A DNA stretch of 58,050 bases from a virus (Duplodnaviria > Caudoviricetes): IMG/VR virus record IMGVR_UViG_3300035670_000246, positions 1 through 58,050 of that record. One strand, given 5' to 3'. Under the pieces are notes generated by a model that was not told the origin of the DNA, did no database searches, and saw nothing but the letters and a program-made list of their open reading frames with translations. Numbering within the stretch: position 1 is the stretch's first letter; each line of letters opens with the position of its first letter. Below, in pieces: positions 56,814 through 58,050 of this stretch. The translations under genes were made by a program, and so were the position numbers.

Positions 56814-57077
56814 CTACCATCCGCCACATTGCCATTCGAGAGCTTCGGCAGAAATTGTGTGAGGGTGTCCGCTGTCCGGCTCGCCGGGGAAAATATGGAT
56901 GCAGCAGCCAGTGCCCTCTCCAGAGATAAATCCCTCGGCGTGTGCCCAGCCTCCGCCGCGGGCAATGTCCAAGGCGTCTTCGAGTGCTTTAGCTGCCTTA
57001 TCCAGCTTCGCCTGCACGCGAGACCGAACACGGCGCGGCAGATCAACCGCTCGTAGGCTATCAGTCGTGTTTTTCAT
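56814..57077 (-). CDS. Cassette-borne hypothetical protein
   Basis: Starts in an attC loop; N-terminus AVDLPRRVR encoded by the attC arm. Confidence 0.65.
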   Translation of the reverse strand: MKNTTDSLRAVDLPRRVRSRVQAKLDKAAKALEDALDIARGGGWAHAEGFISGEGTGCCIHIFPGEPDSGHPHTISAEALEWQCGGW

Positions 57078-57116
57078 TGCGTGTTCCTCGCGGTGTCTGC
57101 GCTTGAGGCGTTCTGC
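57023..57116 (+). repeat. attC-like site
   Basis: ACCGAAC ACGGC GCGGCAGATCAACCGC ... GCGGTGTCTGCGC TTGAGGC GTTCTGC. Confidence 0.8.
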
Positions 57117-57535
57117 GACTCGCGAGAGTCAGTCGTGATTCGCGGCATTACGGAAAGGTCCACTTTACATCCGTGCTCCATGTAGAGGTTCCACGCCATT
57201 CTACCATGAGGTTTGAGCGCGCAGTCGAACGGTCCGCGAGGATCGCCTATTCTCTCATGCTCGCCTTTCACCATCTGGTCGATATCCTTTTCAGTCGCCC
57301 AGCTTGCACAATCACGTTTGAGCAGTCCTCGGTAATCCACGGCTCCGATATGCCGCAGCAGATCTTGCATCAGCTTCTCAGGCTCGCAGGCATTTTCCGT
57401 CCACGGCACGGCGATCAAATCGCAGTCAGTGGTTACTGTGCCGTGGATTGCAAGCGCGTAGCCGTTGGCGCGAGCTGTATCACACAGCGCAGCGTATAGG
57501 CAGGCAAAGAATGGTGCGTGAGTCGAAGGTTTCAT
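57074..57535 (-). CDS. Cassette-borne hypothetical protein (nucleotidyltransferase-like motif)
   Basis: GYALAIHGT..DCDLIAVPW..KPHGR..VDLSV. Confidence 0.7.
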   Translation of the reverse strand: MKPSTHAPFFACLYAALCDTARANGYALAIHGTVTTDCDLIAVPWTENACEPEKLMQDLLRHIGAVDYRGLLKRDCASWATEKDIDQMVKGEHERIGDPRGPFDCALKPHGRMAWNLYMEHGCKVDLSVMPRITTDSRESQNASSADTARNTQ

Positions 57536-57834
57536 GATCGTGAGTTTTGGGCAACCGTCGCAGAACCAGCGGCTGGAGGATCAACCTCGCTAAGGCTCGG
57601 TGCCTCAGCCTTTTTGTTCGCGTATTCATCAATTTCAGCTTTCAGTTCTCTGCGGGTTCTGGCGCTAAAGTCAGCTTCTCCCGTCTTGAGATTTTCCGCC
57701 TGCCACCAAACGCAACGGTCGGGCGGATAGTAGCCGTGATTAACGAGCCGGTATCCACGATAAAGCCTCCCGCGAACCAGTCGCTCGACCGCAACGGAGT
57801 CCCGTTGCTCGTCTGTTGTGGATTCGTTAGCCAT
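57532..57834 (-). CDS. Cassette-borne hypothetical protein
   Basis: Starts in an attC loop and reads through the whole of attC 57560-57622. Confidence 0.65.
   Translation of the reverse strand: MANESTTDEQRDSVAVERLVRGRLYRGYRLVNHGYYPPDRCVWWQAENLKTGEADFSARTRRELKAEIDEYANKKAEAPSLSEVDPPAAGSATVAQNSRS
57560..57622 (+). repeat. attC-like site (short)
   Basis: GCAGAAC CAGC GGCTGGAGGATCAACC ... GGTGCCTCAGCC TTTTT GTTCGCG. Confidence 0.75.
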
Positions 57835-57869
57835 TGGTCGGGCCTCCGTGGGTCAGCTTGTCGTTCACA
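57771..57869 (+). repeat. attC-like site
   Basis: CGCGAAC CAGTC GCTCGACCGCAACGGAG ... CTCCGTGGGTCAGC TTGTC GTTCACA. Confidence 0.8.
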
Positions 57870-58050
57870 CCCACAGGTCGTCCACCTTGATGCCGTTGTC
57901 GGCTGGTTGCGCGGGGCGCGTTTTGCGTCTCTTCATGCGCCGGACTTTGTAACCCTTCTCAACCATGATGGCGCGTGCCCAGTTGACGTGGCAGCCCATG
58001 GCCTTCGCGTTCTCGATGGCGGACTTGCGGATGTCACACTTGCTGCGGTC

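Larger units (their letters stand above)
56808..57863 (+). mobile_element. Three-cassette integron-type array (56808-57110, 57111-57616, 57617-57863)
   Basis: attC-like hairpins at 57023-57116, 57560-57622 and 57771-57869, each R'' matching its own cassette start. Confidence 0.8.

Noticed and set aside
1-58050. Integrase or lysogeny module
   Set aside because: No tyrosine or serine recombinase motifs recognised; one could lie outside the window

Overview
Near-complete genome of a tailed dsDNA bacteriophage with a podovirus-like layout (family calls come from motif recognition, not searches). It has a packaging/head module (TerL, portal, scaffold, major capsid), a 3452-aa large polyvalent protein, a lysis module, and a replication arm (primase-helicase, DUF2800, DUF2815 SSB, PolA, VRR-NUC, SNF2). 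It also carries a large set of glycosyltransferase, methyltransferase and radical-SAM genes. No integrase, tRNA or CRISPR array was recognised. The main unexpected finding is three integrase-less arrays of integron-type gene cassettes with seven attC-like hairpins (about 9.4-10.3, 27.5-27.9 and 56.8-57.9 kb). Their ORFs run antisense to the canonical attC orientation and are translated through the attC arms. Each complete cassette's R'' box complements the R' box at its own start. Two arrays begin at a shared attI-like target (GGTCRGnAnAATCnGnG|TT), and removing one array restores an in-frame glycosyltransferase 3' end. Other points of interest are a structured capsid-gene leader, a structured intergenic element before PolA, a repeat-built translational-coupling mini-ORF, a candidate -1 frameshift and a Trp-to-UGA interrupted methyltransferase.
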